A DNA stretch of 64,000 bases from an uncultured Planctomycetaceae bacterium (lineage in GTDB: Bacteria; Planctomycetota; Planctomycetia; Planctomycetales; Planctomycetaceae). Positions within the stretch are counted from its first letter, which is position 1. Each line of letters opens with the position of its first letter. Positions 9,955 to 22,834 of the stretch are shown here, one piece after another. A program made the translations under genes and the position numbers. The notes beneath the pieces were generated by a model that searched no databases, had not been told where the DNA came from, and saw only the letters and a list, made by a program, of their open reading frames with translations. The stretch lies in assembly GCA_963813715.1 (NCBI GenBank), contig CAWFAK010000017.1, positions 896,001 through 960,000 on the forward strand, in the 5' to 3' direction.

Positions 9955-11325
9955 TTACGCTTCGCCGGGAGCGAGCGGAGTCGAGGCAGGTGTGATGCAG
10001 GTGCGCAATCGGCGGTCAATGATTTCGCGGTCGAAGGGGGAGTTGGTTTTCTTGCGGGCCACTTCGAGATGGCGGCGGGCACGGTTGAGATCGCCGGCGC
10101 GGCGGTAAAACTCGCCGAGCGTGGCGTGAAAGAGGTGATAGCGTTGCAGTCCGGCGTCGTGGCCGGCTTCGTCCAAGGCCCGGATGCCGGCCGCCGGTCC
10201 GTCGATCTGCGCGACGACAATGGCTCGGTTGAGCAAATACACGGGCGAACGGTGAATTGCGATCAGCGCGTCGTACAACTTCAGGATCGCGGGCCAGTCG
10301 GTCTCGGCAAAACTCTTGGCCGAACAGTGATGCAGCGCGATCCCAGCTTCCAGGTGATAAACGGAAACAACCTGGCCACGGGCCGACAGATCCAGAAAAT
10401 CCTGGGCGCGGCGAATTAGTCGCTCGTCCCACTTCGCTCGATCCTGCTCTTCGATCAGCAGGACAAAGCCGCCAGGGCCAAGCCTCGCATCAAGACGGGC
10501 GGCGTGAAACAGCATGAGTGCCAGCAGCGCCTGCGTCGGTGGTGTGGCGAACCGCGGTTGCGAGCACAATAAATGACAAAGTCGGGCGGCCTCTTCGCAG
10601 ACGTCCTCACGAATCGCCGCTTCGCCGGCGGTCGAGCTGTAGCCCTCGTTGAAGAGCAGATAAAGCACCTGATGCACGCTGTCGAGCCGGCTCGCGAGCT
10701 CGTCGGCTCCGGGAGGCTCGAGCGCGATTTGATTTTCGACCAGGTCTCGAGTGGCCCGCTGGAGCCGTTTCTTCACCGTCTCTTCCTCGATCAAGAGAGC
10801 GCGGGCAATTTCCGACGTGCCAAGGCCGCAGAGCGCCTTGAGGGTGAGCGCCAATTGGTTCTCGCGGGCGAGCCGCGGGTGACAGCAGGCGAACATCATT
10901 TTGAGCTGGCTGTCCTCGATCTCGCTGTCGAGGAAAAAATCGTCGAGCTGGCCTTCGCGTGGCGTTGGCTCGGCGGCCAGTTCTTCGATCGCCCTGCGAC
11001 CGATCTGGCTGCGACGCAGGGCATCGAGGATTTTGTTCTTAGCGACGCGATGAAGCCACGCGGTCGGATTCTCGGGGACTTGAACGCGCCAGGCCTGGAG
11101 CGCATCCAAGAGCGTCGACTGCACCATGTCCTCGACTAGGTCGAAGTTGCGCCAGCCGAAGACACGCGTGAGCACCGAAACGAGTCGCGCCGCTTCGTGG
11201 CGGAAAAAGTGCTCCACGAGCGGCGCAACGGATTCAGATTGCGAGGGCGCCGAGGCGGCAGACAAGCGGGCAGCCGACGCTGCCGAACGGTCTGCCGAAG
11301 AGTCCTCGGGGCGGACGCCGGTCAT
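9955..11325 (-). CDS. ECF sigma factor with C-terminal TPR/DUF6596 extension (ECF42-type)
   Basis: HFFRHEAARLVSVLTR, AWLHRVAKN, MMFACCHP, VLYLLFNEGY and YHLEAGIA motifs; ATGA overlap with the upstream gene. Confidence 0.88.
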   Translation of the reverse strand: MTGVRPEDSSADRSAASAARLSAASAPSQSESVAPLVEHFFRHEAARLVSVLTRVFGWRNFDLVEDMVQSTLLDALQAWRVQVPENPTAWLHRVAKNKILDALRRSQIGRRAIEELAAEPTPREGQLDDFFLDSEIEDSQLKMMFACCHPRLARENQLALTLKALCGLGTSEIARALLIEEETVKKRLQRATRDLVENQIALEPPGADELASRLDSVHQVLYLLFNEGYSSTAGEAAIREDVCEEAARLCHLLCSQPRFATPPTQALLALMLFHAARLDARLGPGGFVLLIEEQDRAKWDERLIRRAQDFLDLSARGQVVSVYHLEAGIALHHCSAKSFAETDWPAILKLYDALIAIHRSPVYLLNRAIVVAQIDGPAAGIRALDEAGHDAGLQRYHLFHATLGEFYRRAGDLNRARRHLEVARKKTNSPFDREIIDRRLRTCITPASTPLAPGEA

Positions 11326-11864
11326 TTCTTCTTCCGGACGAAGGTGGACGCGTGAGTGCTCTCGGGCTTGCCGTCCTTGTAGAGAACCCACTCCGATTTT
11401 AAGTGGTCGGCGTCGACGAAGGTGAAAGTGGCCTGGTGCATATGCTCTTCGGTCTCCAGCTGCCGATCCTCACCTTCAGGGCAGCGGAAGCGGATTTGAT
11501 TGGGCTCGGTGGTCGCAAGGGCTCGCATGTGGGGTCGATTGCCGAGCATGCAATAGTGCGTCAGCGCCAGTCCGTCCCCTTCGACGTAATACAAAGTGAC
11601 CATTTCGTGCTCGCTGCCGGCAAAGACCGTTTCGAGCACGGCGTTGCCGCCGGCCGTGATCTTGTAACTGACGGTTGCCGGGCCCGTGCCGCCGTGTTCG
11701 TCGGGCATTCCCGTCATTTCCCAAACTCCGACAAGGGCTTTGAACTTGTCGAGGTCGGCGTGCTTGGCTTTGTTTTGGTCCGAGTGATGTTCGCCGGCGG
11801 TCGCGGCGTACCCCAGTACGGTGACAGCCGCCAAGGCGAGCATGCAGGTCGTAATGGCTTTCAT
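11322..11864 (-). CDS. Secreted hypothetical beta-barrel protein (DUF1579-like)
   Basis: Signal peptide; KFKALVGVW, EMVTLY and LTHYCMLGNRPHM motifs. Confidence 0.7.
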   Translation of the reverse strand: MKAITTCMLALAAVTVLGYAATAGEHHSDQNKAKHADLDKFKALVGVWEMTGMPDEHGGTGPATVSYKITAGGNAVLETVFAGSEHEMVTLYYVEGDGLALTHYCMLGNRPHMRALATTEPNQIRFRCPEGEDRQLETEEHMHQATFTFVDADHLKSEWVLYKDGKPESTHASTFVRKKK

Positions 11865-11945
11865 CGCGGATTCCTTGGTTCAGTGGGAGAGGGCAGTTGG
11901 AGAATGTTGCGAATGCTGGTCAGTCATTGCTTTCAGCCAAGTTGC

Positions 11946-12296
11946 CTAGAGCTTGGAGGCCAAACCGGCGAGCGTGCGAACTTCGACGGCTCCGCCGTAC
12001 TCCAGGGCCGGGCAGCCTTTGGCCAATTCAGTCGCGGCATCGATAGTCGGTGCTTCGACGACCGAGTAACCGCCGACCACTTCCTTGGACTCGACGAACG
12101 GACCGTCCTTGACCACCTTGCCACGGACGACGCGACCTTCTGGAGTGAGCGCGTCGCCAGGGTCGACCATCCAGCCTTTTTGCATGGCTTCGCCGATCCA
12201 GGCTCCCCATTTCTGCATGACTTGCTGCATCTGCTCGGGGCTCATGCTCCGCTCCGCCTCGTTGCCGCCTCGGTAAACAAACATAAATCGGGCCAT
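11946..12296 (-). CDS. YciI/DGPF family protein
   Basis: DGPFVESKEVVGGY and CP...GAVEVR motifs; a typical ECF42 partner. Confidence 0.9.
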   Translation of the reverse strand: MARFMFVYRGGNEAERSMSPEQMQQVMQKWGAWIGEAMQKGWMVDPGDALTPEGRVVRGKVVKDGPFVESKEVVGGYSVVEAPTIDAATELAKGCPALEYGGAVEVRTLAGLASKL

Positions 12297-12385
12297 GGGT
12301 GCGTTCCTTTCGTGCTGGGTGATTTGGTCTGTGAATTGTTTCCGTCGGCTATCTGATTCGTGTCAGGCAGCGTTTCGTAGATCAT

Positions 12386-12412
12386 GACGAACGGGACCGT
12401 CGCCCCGGGACA
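12386..12412 (-). promoter_or_regulatory. Putative ECF (ECF41/42-like) autoregulatory promoter
   Basis: Minus strand TGTCCC-N17-CGTC about 90 bp upstream of the yciI-sigma operon, preceded by an A-tract. Confidence 0.55.
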
Positions 12413-12602
12413 CTTTTTTTGAAGTTTTCAAAAATGCACAAATCTATGGCTCAAAGCCCTCGTTGTGCGCAAATCCTAGCAGGCATGGCAGTTACGGTTT
12501 TTGCCCGGGCTGCCCGTCCGCTTGCTCGTCTCGCAGTCCCCGCTTAGTCTCTTGGGCAGCACCTATTGCGCTTTAGTGCTTACGGGCCCAAGGAACACAT
12601 GC

Positions 12603-15600
12603 ATGCTGCTGCGATTGAAGTGGTTCCGAAAATCTCCGACGCGTGCGCCTCGTCGACTCCGCTGTCAACCCACAATCGAACTGCTCGAGAACCGGGCCCT
12701 ATTGACGGCGAGCTGGAACAACTACGGCGGCAACGCGCAGCACACGGAAATTGCTCAAGTTGCCGCGCAGCCCCTCAACCAACTCCTGTGGTCGACTTCT
12801 CTCGATCTGGCCCCCTGGGGCGCCGTGCACTACGGCGATCCCGTATTCACCCCAGGCAACACCGTCATTGTTCCGATCAAGATCACCTGGAGCGGGCAGA
12901 ACCAGAACGCGCAGAATTTCTATATCGCCGGCCTCAACGACCTCACCGGCGCGGTCGAATGGACAAGTGCGGTGACCGGCTCGATCACCGCCGCCAGCGA
13001 CGCGGGGCCAATCGTGATCACCACCGGGACGACCACCGGACTGACCACCGGCGACTCTGTCACGGTCGGCGGCGTGAACGGCAACACGGCCGCCAACGGC
13101 ACGTTTACGATTACCGTGCTCAATTCGACCCAGTTTCAGCTCAACGGCGCGACGGGCAACGCAGCGTACACGTCGGGCGGCGTCTGGGACTACAACCCCA
13201 ACGGCGCGAGCTACATCGCGCCGAACTACAACTGGCTCGAGCCGGTGCAGCCCGTCTACGACCCGGTCACGAACCGCGTTTATTTCCCCGGTCCTGGCGG
13301 CACGCTCGACTACATCAATAACCCCGACAATCCGGGCAGCTCGACGCCGACCGTTTATCAAGAGGCGTTCTACGGCCTGGCCAACTACACGGCCAATGAA
13401 TCCGCCTACAACTCGTCGATCTACACCAACACGGGCCTGATGGTCGATCCCTCGGGCAACGTCTACTTCGGCTTCACGGAGACAGGGACCAACCCGTCCG
13501 GGATAAACGACGGCGGCTTTGTGCGAATCACGTCCGTCGGGAACCGCCACGTACACGCTCGCCTATTCCGCGGTCGGACAAACGAACGACGGCAACTGGA
13601 ACCCGACATTGGGCGAGACGCCGGCGCTCAGCAACGACGGTTCGACCGTCTACTTCGCCGTGAGTGACTCCGGTTATGCGCTTAACTATGCGAACGAGGC
13701 GGACTCGTATCTCGTCGGGCTCAATAGCACGACTATGGCCGAGCAGGAATCGGTGCGGCTGCTCGACCCGGCGACCGGCGCGGCGCCGTCCTGATCGACG
13801 AAAGCACGGCCTCGCCGATGGTGGCTCCCGACAACACCGTGTTCATGGGCACTTTCGGCAACACGTACAACGGTTCGCGCGGCTTCCTCTTGCACTTCTC
13901 CGGCAATCTGCAGACGGAATATGCGCCGGGAGCCTTCGGCTGGGACGATACGGTCTCGATCGTTCCGACGTCGATGGACCCCTCGTACACCGGGTCTTCT
14001 CCGTACTTGATCATCTCCAAGTACAACAACTACGCCAACGCCGAGGTGGGCGAACCGTACGGCGGCAACGGCGTGAATCAGATCGCCTTAATCGATCCCT
14101 ACAACACGCAGCTCGACCCCAACTACGACGCCAATCCCAATTTGCAGGTCATGGCCGAAGTCGAGGGCATGTCCAGCCCCTCGCCCGACATCCCCAACGC
14201 AGAGGCTGGCGATCCCGACGCCGTGCGCGAGTGGTGCACAAACGCGACAGTCGTCGACCCGGCGACCGACAGTGTCTACATCAACAACGAGGACGGCTAT
14301 ACCTACCAGTGGAACCTGGGCACTGACCAGGTGACCAACGCGGTCCAAGTTACGTCGGGCATCGGCGTTCCCTATACACCGACGGCCATCGCCCCCAATG
14401 GCGTGATCTTTTCGGATAACGGCGGAACGCTGTTCGCCCTGGGCGGTTATTCCAACGACACGATGACCACGGTTCCCTCAGCCGACCCCGTCGTGGCCGG
14501 AAACACGGTCACGCTCACAACCACCATCGCCTCGACCGACAGCGGTCCCGTGCCGACCGGGACGGTGACCTACACCTACTACCAGGGCGCCAATAACCCG
14601 CTCAACTACGACACCACGCCCGTCACGATCGGCACGGAAAACCTCGTCAACGGAGTGGCGTCGATTCCGGTGTCGGGATTGGTGGCCTCCCACTATCACA
14701 TCTACGCCGAGTACAGCGGCGATTCGAACTACCCGGCGGGCCAAACAATCCTGGTGCTGCCGGTCCTCGGAACTGTCAACACCACCGTCTCGGCGTCGGC
14801 CAATCCGGCTGATTCGGGCACCAGCGTCACGTTCACAGCCACCGTTACGCCGACTGTCAACGTCGCAAACGGCGCAACAAGCGGGGCAACCTCGTTCGTG
14901 CCGATTGGCACAGTCACCTTCATGGACGGCAGCACCGTTCTGGGCACGGTGTCGCTGAATAACCTGGAAGACGAAACGAATCCGTCGACCACCAACACCG
15001 CGACGTTCACGACCTCGGCGCTGCCCGGCGGCGCCGATGCCATCACGGCCCTCTACAATGGCGACCAGAATTTCGCCAGCGCCTCCGCAGCCTATGTCGA
15101 GTACATCCCGGAACTAAGCAATCTGGGAACGCAGAATAATGCGGTGGGCGACGTCCCGGGGCAAAGCGTCGTCACGCCCCCTGTAGGCATGCCCGTCGGC
15201 GATAACTGGACCTACGGTGCAACCAATCTGCCCGCGGGGCTGTCGATGTCTCCGTTCACCGCACAGATCATCGGGAGGATCACAGGCTCGGCCCAGGCTT
15301 ATTCGGTGACGGTCACGGCGTATGACGACGGATCCACGGCCAGCGCGAGCACAACCTTCACCTGGAATGTCACCGTGATCTCGATGACGAACCCGGGCAC
15401 GCAGATCAATCACGTCGGAGACACGGTCTCCCTGCCGATCGAGACGAGCGGCCTGCCCGCCGGTGACACCTGGACCACCTACTCCGCCACCAACTTGCCG
15501 ATCGGCCTCGCGATTAACAGCAGTACCGGAGTGATCACCGGAACCCTCACCAGCTCGGCTATGGGAACCTATACGTCGACGGTCACCGTCAACGACGGAT

Positions 15601-18600
15601 ACTCGGGGCCCAACGTGAGCCAGAGCTTCACCTGGGAGGTCGTCACAGCCGTGACAACCACGAAGCTAGCCGCTTCGCTGGCTAATCCCACTTTCGGTCA
15701 AGCCGAGACGCTGACGTCGACCGTATCGAGTGATGCCGGGACTCCGAATGACGGAACGGTCACGTTCTTTGATAACGGAACGTCGTTGGGAGCTTTCCCG
15801 GTCAGTAATGGAGTCGCCCAGTTCACGTCGACCACGCTCACCGCTGGGCCGCAGGCTTTCACCGCAACGTACAGCGGCGACGGCACGACCTACGGGGGCA
15901 GCAGCACCGGCACCGCGTCGATCATTCAAACTGTTGCGGGCAATGGAACCAGCGGATACAGCGGCGACGGCGGCCCGGCCACGTCCGCGGAGTTGAGCAG
16001 TCAGCCCAACATCTCCCTGGACGCTGCCGGCGATCTGTTCATTGCCGACGTGAACAATAACGTGATCCGCGAGGTGAATGCCAAGACCGGCATCATCACC
16101 ACAGTGGCCGGCAATGGAACGGCCGGCTTCAGCGGCGACGGCGGACTGGCCACCTCGGCGGAGTTGAACGAACCCACGAGCGTTGCGGTCGACGCCGAGG
16201 GGGACATCTTCATTGCCGATTTTCAGAACAGCCGGATCCGGGAGGTGGACGCCACGACGGGATTGATCAGCACCATCGCGAACATCAATCAACCCGTCAG
16301 CCTGGCCATTGACGGGGGCAACGTCCTTGTCGCAACACCGGAGCTCATTCAGGCGGTGAATATCAGCACTCACCAGATTACCACCGTCGCGGGCAACGGG
16401 TCTTCGGGTTACAACGGCGACGGCATCCCGGCGACCTCGGCGTCTCTCGACGGTCCTCGAGGGCTGGCTGTCGACTCCTCGGGCAACATTTTCTTTGCCG
16501 ACTTCGGCAACAATCGCGTTCGCGAGGTGAACGCCTCGACGGGGCTGATTAGCACCATCGCGGGGACGGGAACTGAGGGTTACAACGGCGATGGCATCCT
16601 GGCCACCTCGGCGGAGTTGAGTCAGCCTCAGGCTGTCGCCGTAGATGCCGCGGGCGACATCTTCATCGCCGACTACTATCCCAATGACCGAGTTCGGGAG
16701 GTCTTCGCGAGCACGGGGGATATTTTCACAGTCGCGGGAACGGGGGTCGGGGGCTACAACGGCGACGGCATCCCAGCCACTTCGGCACAACTGTTGGACC
16801 CGACCGATGTGGCCGTGGACGCGGCGGGGGATCTCTTCATCGCCGACCGCGAACGAATCCGCGAAGTCGCGAACGGTGGTGCCGTCGTCGCCGTCACACC
16901 TGTCGTCGTCAACCCAGGCACCGAGAACAATGCCGTCGGCGACACAGCTTCGCTGCAAATACAAGCCAACGGATTGCCCGCCGGAGATGCGTGGACCTTC
17001 TCTGCAACCGGTCTGCCCTCGGGACTGTCGATCAACCCCAGCACCGGCGCGATCACCGGAACGGTTACGGGCTCTGCCAACAGTTATTCTGTCACCATCG
17101 CGGCCATTGACGAGGAAAATGTCGGCGCCAGCCAGAGCTTTACCTGGAACGTCTCGACGCTGTCCGTGACGAATCCCGGAACGCAGATTAACGGCGTCGG
17201 CGACGTTGTCTCGCTGCAAGTGGTCGACAGCGGTCTACCCAGCGGTGATACGTGGAGTTACTCGGCAAACGGCTTGCCCTCCGGCTTGTCGATCAACACG
17301 AGCACCGGCCTGATCACCGGGACCATCACCGGCTCGGCCAGCACTTATTCGTCCTCGGTGACCGCCAAAGACGGCGAAGGGGCCAGCGTCACGCAGGCCT
17401 TCACCTGGAAAGTCTACTACCGGCCAGCCATCACGGGTCCGTCGAGCGCGAGCGTCACCGAAAACAATTCGCTCACATTCTCGTCGGCCAACGGCAACGA
17501 AATCAGCGTCTTGGATCAGTCGGCAGGGAGCAATTCCGATTCGCTGACCCTGTCGGTTTCCGAGGGAACCATCGCGCTCGCCTCGACGACCGGATTGACC
17601 TTCACGGCCGGCGCAAACGGTTCGGCGTCGTTCACCGTGACGGGACCGATCGCCAACTTGGAAGCCGCCCTCAACGAGCTGACGTACACGCCGTTCAGCA
17701 ACTACACGGGCTCCGACACGCTAAGCGTGTCGCTGGCCGACCCGACCGACACTTTGAGCACGTCGTCAAGCGTCGCGATCACGGTCAATCCGTATGTCGC
17801 CCCGGTTATCACCGCACCCTCCAGCGTGACCGTCAGCGAGAACGGCTCGCTCGTGTTCTCGTCCGGCAACGGCAACCTGATTTCGTTCACGGATAACGGT
17901 ATCGGGTTCAACGCCGACACGATGACTCTATCGGTCAACGACGGCACGCTGACCTTGGGAACCACTAACGGGCTGGTCTTTGCGTCCGGCTCCAACGGCT
18001 TGGCGGGATTCAGCGTCAAGGGCACCGTTAACAATCTGAATGCCGCCCTGGTGGGGCTGACCTACCAGCCGAACAGCGGTTACGTCGGCTCCGATACGCT
18101 CTCGCTCTCCATCAGTGATCCAACCGACAACAAGTCGGCCTCGACGAGCGTTGCAATCAACGTTAGCCCACTCGCGCCGTCAATCACTGCCCCGGTGTCC
18201 GCGTCCCTCGCCGAGAACGGTTCGCTGGCCTTTTCGACCGGTAACGGCAACGCGATTTCGCTGACTGACGCCAATCCCGGCAGCGATTCGCTGACGCTGT
18301 CGGTCTCTCATGGAACGCTGACTCTTTCCACCACCTCCGGTTTGACGATCACGTCGGGCAGCAATGGCTCTGCTGCATTCACTGTGAGTGGCACGGTCGG
18401 CAACCTCAACACGGCTCTCAATGGTGTGACGTATCGACCCACCGTGGCCTATTCCGGTTCCGACACACTGGCGATTTCGCTGGTCGATCCTGGCGACACC
18501 TTGTCGGCATCCAAGAACATCTCGCTCTCGATCAACGCCCTGCCCGCCCCGTCGATTACCGCGCCGGCAACCGCCACAACGCTCGAGAACAACTCGCTGA

Positions 18601-19790
18601 TCTTCTCCTCGAATGCCATCAGCGTTGCCGACTCGGCCGCCGGCGGTAATAGCGACTCGCTCTCACTGAGTGTCGCCCACGGGACCATCACTCTCTCCAC
18701 TACAAATGGGTTAGCCTTCACGGCCGGATCGAATGGTTCCGGGTCGTTCACCGTCACCGGCACCGTGGCCAATCTCAACGCGGCACTCAACAACCTCACT
18801 TATGCGCCGGTTGCGAATTACACCGGCTCGGACTCGCTGGCGATTTCGATCACCGACCCGGGCGACAACGAATCGGCATCGAAGAGTGTGGCGATCAGCG
18901 TCAATGCGTACAGTCCGCCGGCGGTCACGGCGCCCGGTTCAGCCAATGCTCCCGAAAACGGTTCGCTGGTCTTCTCGTCGTCCAACTCGATTTCGGTCGC
19001 CGATTCTGGTCCGGGCAGCGGATCCGACTCGCTGCAATTAACGGTCTCGCACGGAACGGTCACCTTATCCACCACGTCCGGACTGACCGTCACCGCCGGG
19101 GCCAACGGCTCGGCCACCGTCACGGTGACCGGGTCAGTCGCCAACCTCAACGCGGCCCTCAACGGGCTGACGTACAAACCGACCTCGGGCTATACGGGGG
19201 CCGACTCGCTCGCGATTTCGATCGAAGACTCGTTGGACCACCTTTCCGGTTCGGGAAGCGTTTCGATTAGCGTCAATGCCAGTAATCCGCCGTCGATCAG
19301 TGCCCCGACTTCGGCCCGGGCGCAGATCGGTTTTCCGGTGGTCTTTTCCGCGGCAAGCGGCAACGGCATTGTGATCACCGATACGAGCGCGGGCAGCAAC
19401 GTCGAAGAGCTCACCGTCAAGGCGACGTCCGGAACGCTCAAGCTGGCGACCACCAGCGGGCTCACATTCATCTCGGGATCGAACAACTCGAGCTCGATGA
19501 CAGTGGAAGGCACGCTCGCCAATTTGAACGCGGCCCTCAACGGACTTTCTTACACGCTTGGGGCCAAGGCGGCGACGGTCACACTGGCCTACACCGATCT
19601 GGGGGACAACCTCTCGACGACGGCGAACATCGCCGTCTCGTCTCAAACGATCCTTGCCGCCGTCGGCCCGGCCATTGGAGGGCCGTCCACGGCCAATGCA
19701 CCGAGTGACGATGCGACGACCACGATGCCGCCCGACGCCCTGACGCAATGGGCGGGGCTGGCGGCGGCGGTCGAAATTCTGATGCACTGA
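12603..19790 (+). CDS. Giant extracellular/surface protein (~2400 aa): LExRxLL N-terminus, beta-propeller-like region, Ig-like (Big_3/He_PIG) domains, NHL repeats, six cadherin-like repeats; frameshifts ~13540 and ~13790
   Basis: IELLENRALLT; ORFs 12501-13667, 13519-13794 and 13818-19790 continue one another; GYSGDGGPATSA NHL repeats; GLPSGLSINPSTGAITGT He_PIG motifs. Confidence 0.85.
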
Positions 19791-19987
19791 CCGGAATTGG
19801 CGGCAACGTCGCTTGAGGGGCAGGCCGAGCTTGCGCGCCGCGGATCGCAATCCGTTGCAGCGATGGCTGAGCCAGCCATTTCTGTGCGAACCGGCTGGCC
19901 AATCCGTCTTGTCAGAACCACAATGGAGCCCGCCCGATCGGGCTGCGCCTCGGGGGAGACGGTCGCCACGACGCGGTTTGAGGACGA

Positions 19988-21395
19988 ATGATGGAGCCCG
20001 AGATCGATCCCACAGTTCAGCAGCGTGCCGAGCTGGGACTGTGGGACGCCGTCAGCGTGATCATCGGCATCGTCGTCGGCGTATCGATCTTCAAGGTGCC
20101 GCCCGTCGTCTTCGGGAACGTTGGCAATGCGTGGACGGGGATCGCCGTTTGGTGCGTGGGGGGAGTGGTCGCGCTGATCGGCGCCCTTTGTTACGGCGAA
20201 TTGGCCACCACGTATCCCGGTTCCGGCGGCGACTATCTCTATCTGACGCACGCCTACGGCCCGATGGCTGGTTTTTTGTTCGCGTGGACGCGGTTGACGG
20301 TCATCCTCACCGGCAACATCGCCGCCTTGTCCTACGTCTTCGCGGATTATGGCGTCAATTTGTTCGGCTGCCAGTCGCGGGATGCAGTCTGGTTCGCGGG
20401 CGCCGCGGTCGTCGCGCTCACCGTGTTCAACATTCTGGGCATGAAGGTCGGTAAGTCTCTGCAAAACCTGCTCACCGTGGCAAAGGTGCTCGGTTTGGGC
20501 GGTTTGCTCGCGATCGGCCTGTGGAAAGGCGGCGCGGCCTCGTGGACCGCGAGCCAGCCCGCAGCCGGACCGGGACTGGGCCTGGCGATGATTCTGGTGC
20601 TTTACGCATACGGCGGGTGGAACGATGCGGCACTCGTGACGGCCGATGTGCGCGACGCTCGGCGGAACATGCCGCGAGCCCTCATTCTGGGAACGCTGCT
20701 CGTCACCTTACTCTATGTGCTCGTTAATGCGGCGTTCATCCACGCACTCGGTTTCACCGGCCTGCGCGGCGCGGGCGCCGGCAGCCGACGTCTTCGGGCT
20801 GTGGCTCGGGGCACGCGGGGCCGCCGGTATGAGCCTGCTAGTGATGGTTTCCGCGCTCGGGGCGGTGAGCGGTCTGATCCTCACCGGCTCGCGACTGCAC
20901 GCCAGCCTGGGGGCCGACTATCGCCTCTTCTCCTGGATGGGACACTGGAATCCTCGGTTCGACTCGCCCGTTCGTTCGCTCATTGTCCAGGCATGCGTCT
21001 CGCTGTTATTAATCGTCGGCGTCGGGACGGAGGCCGGCCGCGGTTCGATCGATCGCGCCTTGACGGTCTGCGGCCTGCCCGCGCTGCCCTGGACCCAATT
21101 CGAGGGAGGGTTCGACACTTTGGTGGCCGGGACTGCGCCGGTCTTCTGGCTCTTCTTCCTGTTGACCGGGGTTTCGTTGCTCGTGCTGCGAGTCCGCGAT
21201 CCCAGCCGACCGCGCCCTTTCTCAGCGCCGTTTTACCCGCTCGTGCCGCTGACGTTCATCGGCGCCTGCGGGTATATGTTGTATGCCAGCGTCGTTTACG
21301 CGAAAGCCCTGTGCCTGTTGGGAATAGTCCCCTTGTTGTTGGGGATTCCGCTGTTTCTCGTCGGCGGCCGCAGAGCAGGCGCCGACTTGCGCTGA
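19988..21395 (+). CDS. APC family amino acid permease (frameshift ~20770)
   Basis: LGLWDAVSVIIGIVVGVSIF, GALCYGELATTYPGSGGDY, LYAYGGWND and RPFSAPFYP motifs. Confidence 0.9.
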
Positions 21396-21450
21396 CATGT
21401 CGTTCCCAGTCCGTGGGTTTCACGCGCCGCGTTGACCATCGGTTGATTCC

Positions 21451-22788
21451 ATGGACTCGTCCGCTCTCCAATCGTCGCTTGGCGAAAAAACACGCGCGGA
21501 TTGCCGCTCGCGTTTTGCCGCTGGTCTTCGCGATGTACATCGTGAACTACCTGGACCGCGCGAACGTGTCGTTCGCCAAGCTGCCGATGATGGCGGAGCT
21601 GGGATTCTCGGAAAAGGTTTACGGGCAAGGAGCCGGGATCTTCTTCATCGGCTATCTGGCGTTCGAGATTCCCGGAGCGTTGATCGTCGAGCGATACGGG
21701 TGTGCCGCTGGATGGCCCGTATCTTAATCACGTGGGGGCTATGCACGGCCGCGGTCGGATTTGTGCACACTTCGACTCAGTTCTATTGTGCCCGCCTGCT
21801 GCTCGGCGTGGCCGAGGCCGGTTTCTTTCCCGGGATCATCGTCTACCTGACTCACTGGTTTGCGCTGACGGATCGTGCCCGGGCGATGAGCGGGCTCATT
21901 CTGGCGATTCCCATTGCGATGGGACTCGGGGCCCCATTGTCGGCGGCCATCCTGGGAATCGACTGGTTGGGCCTGTCGGGCTGGCGGTGGCTGTTCATCC
22001 TGGAGGGCCTGCCCGCGGTCGCGCTAGGCGTTTTCACGCTCTTTTACCTGACTGACCGGCCGCGGAATGCTCACTGGCTCGAACCGGGGGAGCGCGACTG
22101 GATTACGAATCAACTGGAGTCCGAACGGCTGGCCAAACAGGCGAGCGCCCGCGTGACGATTTGGCAGGCGTTCCGTGAGCGAAATGTGATCCTCCTCTCC
22201 CTGTCGCTGTTTGCCGCCAATCTCAACAGCTACACGTTTGTTTTCTGGCTGCCCACTGTGATCAAAAATGCATCTGGAGTTTCGGTGAGGGTGGCAACGC
22301 TCCTTTCGGGCCTGCCTTACGCCGCGGGGCTGGTTGCTATGCTCGTCGTCAGCTATTTCTCGGACCGGACTGGCCGGCGCAGATTCTTCACGATCCTGCC
22401 GCTGATCGCTACCGCCGCATTTTTGACGGCAAGTGCGATCCCCGGGCAGGCGTTCTGGCTGGTGATGCTCTGGTTGTGTCTGGCAGGGGCCGGGATTTAC
22501 GCAGGTGCCCCATCGTTCTGGGTGCTTCCCACGCTGACCTTGCAGACCACGGCGGCGGCAGCCTCCATCGGCATGATCAACTCGCTCGCCAATCTTTCGG
22601 GATTCGTGGCCCCGTCGATCGTCGGCGACTTCCTTGACCGCGGTTTCTCCCATTCGCAGGTCGTGCCATTCTTGGCTTGCTGCCCGCTGGTCGCCGCCGC
22701 GTTGATTGCCGCGCTGCGCGTGCCGGCCGAATCGCAACTCCGGGCGGATTTGACGCAACGGCAATCCGAATCGTCGCAATCCGCTTGA
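21451..22788 (+). CDS. MFS transporter, ACS family (tartrate/TtuB-like), frameshifts ~21480 and ~21700
   Basis: YLDRANVSFA, GIFFIGYLAFEIP, RLLLGVAEAGFFPG and GWRWLFILEGLP motifs. Confidence 0.88.
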   Translation: MDSSALQSSLGEKTRADCRSRFAAGLRDVHRELPGPRERVVRQAADDGGAGILGKGLRARSRDLLHRLSGVRDSRSVDRRAIRVCRWMARILITWGLCTAAVGFVHTSTQFYCARLLLGVAEAGFFPGIIVYLTHWFALTDRARAMSGLILAIPIAMGLGAPLSAAILGIDWLGLSGWRWLFILEGLPAVALGVFTLFYLTDRPRNAHWLEPGERDWITNQLESERLAKQASARVTIWQAFRERNVILLSLSLFAANLNSYTFVFWLPTVIKNASGVSVRVATLLSGLPYAAGLVAMLVVSYFSDRTGRRRFFTILPLIATAAFLTASAIPGQAFWLVMLWLCLAGAGIYAGAPSFWVLPTLTLQTTAAAASIGMINSLANLSGFVAPSIVGDFLDRGFSHSQVVPFLACCPLVAAALIAALRVPAESQLRADLTQRQSESSQSA

Positions 22789-22834
22789 GGAACCTAATCG
22801 ATCCGTCTGCTAGGATTTACGCGGAGACACCGTC

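Noticed and set aside
12481..12505. Sigma54 promoter upstream of the adhesin
   Set aside because: The GG and GC elements are not at the required spacing.
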